NCBI GenBank assembly: GCA_964187785.1
Contig: OZ076409.1
Span: 98,644,001-98,708,000, forward strand
Length of the DNA stretch: 64,000 nucleotides
Direction: 5' to 3'
DNA from: Amphiscolops sp. MND2022
Taxonomy: Eukaryota
In this document: positions 63,488 to 64,000 of the stretch, in pieces
How the letters are laid out: each line of letters starts with the position of its first letter
Numbering within the stretch: the first letter of the stretch is position 1
The notes under the pieces: model-generated
Told to the model about the DNA's origin: nothing
Databases searched by the model: none
The model's input: only the letters and a program-made list of their open reading frames with translations
Program-made: the position numbers and the translations under genes

Positions 63488-64000
63488 GTTGCCACTGGCA
63501 GACTTTCTTCGTCAAAACCAATATGTCCGAAAATTTCTATTTTGGAATTGTGTTTTAAAGCATGTCCTTTTTCATCGGAAGGTTGTACTGGTGTCAGTTT
63601 TTTCTATGATGTTTTGAATGTTTTTTCTGGGACCCTCGAAGGTCACGTTCCCGTCCTGGGTCCTGTCAAGTGTGGTTTTGCAGAACCGCACGAGCTGGGC
63701 ACCTCCAAAACTTCATCATAAGGACACATATGGTTGCCACTGGCAGACTTTGTCTGTCTAAACCATTATGTCCGACATTTTGTAATTGTGTAATTGTAAT
63801 TTTTGATCATGTTCTTTATGCGTCGCAAGTTTGTACATGTGTCAGTTTTTTCTATGATGTTTTATATGATTTTTTTCTGGGACCCTTGGAGGTCACGTTC
63901 CCACCGTGGGTCCTGTCAAAAGTTGTTTTTCCGGAACCAAACGAGCTGAAAGGCTCCAAAACTTCTTCATAAGGACACATATGGTTTCCACTGGCAGACT
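63488..64000. repeat. ~245-250-bp tandem repeats (probable right subterminal region of the CACTA-like element), continuing past the window end
   Basis: CCACTGGCAGACT at 63492, 63737 and 63988; repeated CTGGGACCCT..GGTCACGTTCCC..GGGTCCTGTCAA..CGAGCTG..CTCCAAAACTTC..CATAAGGACACATATGGTT. Confidence 0.85.

Larger units (their letters stand above)
52849..64000 (+). mobile_element. Large CACTA/EnSpm (CMC)-type DNA transposon with SET-transposase, BEN-like and SGNH genes; right end lies beyond the window
   Basis: Putative left end TA|CCCGTACTGG, CACCGGTG subterminal palindromes, ~177-bp tandem block, three co-oriented genes sharing upstream motifs, EnSpm-type transposase and ~245-bp repeats at the right. 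The right TIR and TSD are not visible, so the left boundary is inferred. Confidence 0.72.

Overview
AT-rich, repeat-dense eukaryotic (animal-like) DNA. I found no convincing host gene; nearly everything is transposon-derived. (1) 1-17010 is the 3' part of a large Ty3/Gypsy LTR retrotransposon. It has an integrase with one nonsense codon, a spliced antisense gene resembling a degenerate BED-finger/hAT transposase, and an extra sense ORF running into the 3' LTR. That LTR contains the start of a gag-like ORF and is split by a 7-kb array of ten TTAA-flanked piggyBac-like MITEs. (2) 17-52.8 kb is a field of MITEs (hAT-like, GG..CC/8-bp-TSD, CCC-ended), many Helentron/DINE-1-like non-autonomous copies, a CR1/L2-type LINE ORF2 and a Tc1 relic. 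(3) 52849 to the window end is a large CACTA/EnSpm (CMC)-type DNA transposon with three co-oriented genes: an SGNH/GDSL hydrolase, a 5-exon BEN-domain-like protein, and a transposase fused to an N-terminal SUV4-20/Set9-like SET (H4K20 methyltransferase-type) domain. Each of the three genes is preceded by the same CCAAT-containing motif. This SET-transposase + BEN + SGNH element is the best candidate for an undescribed system. All domain calls are by-eye motif recognition; no searches were run.
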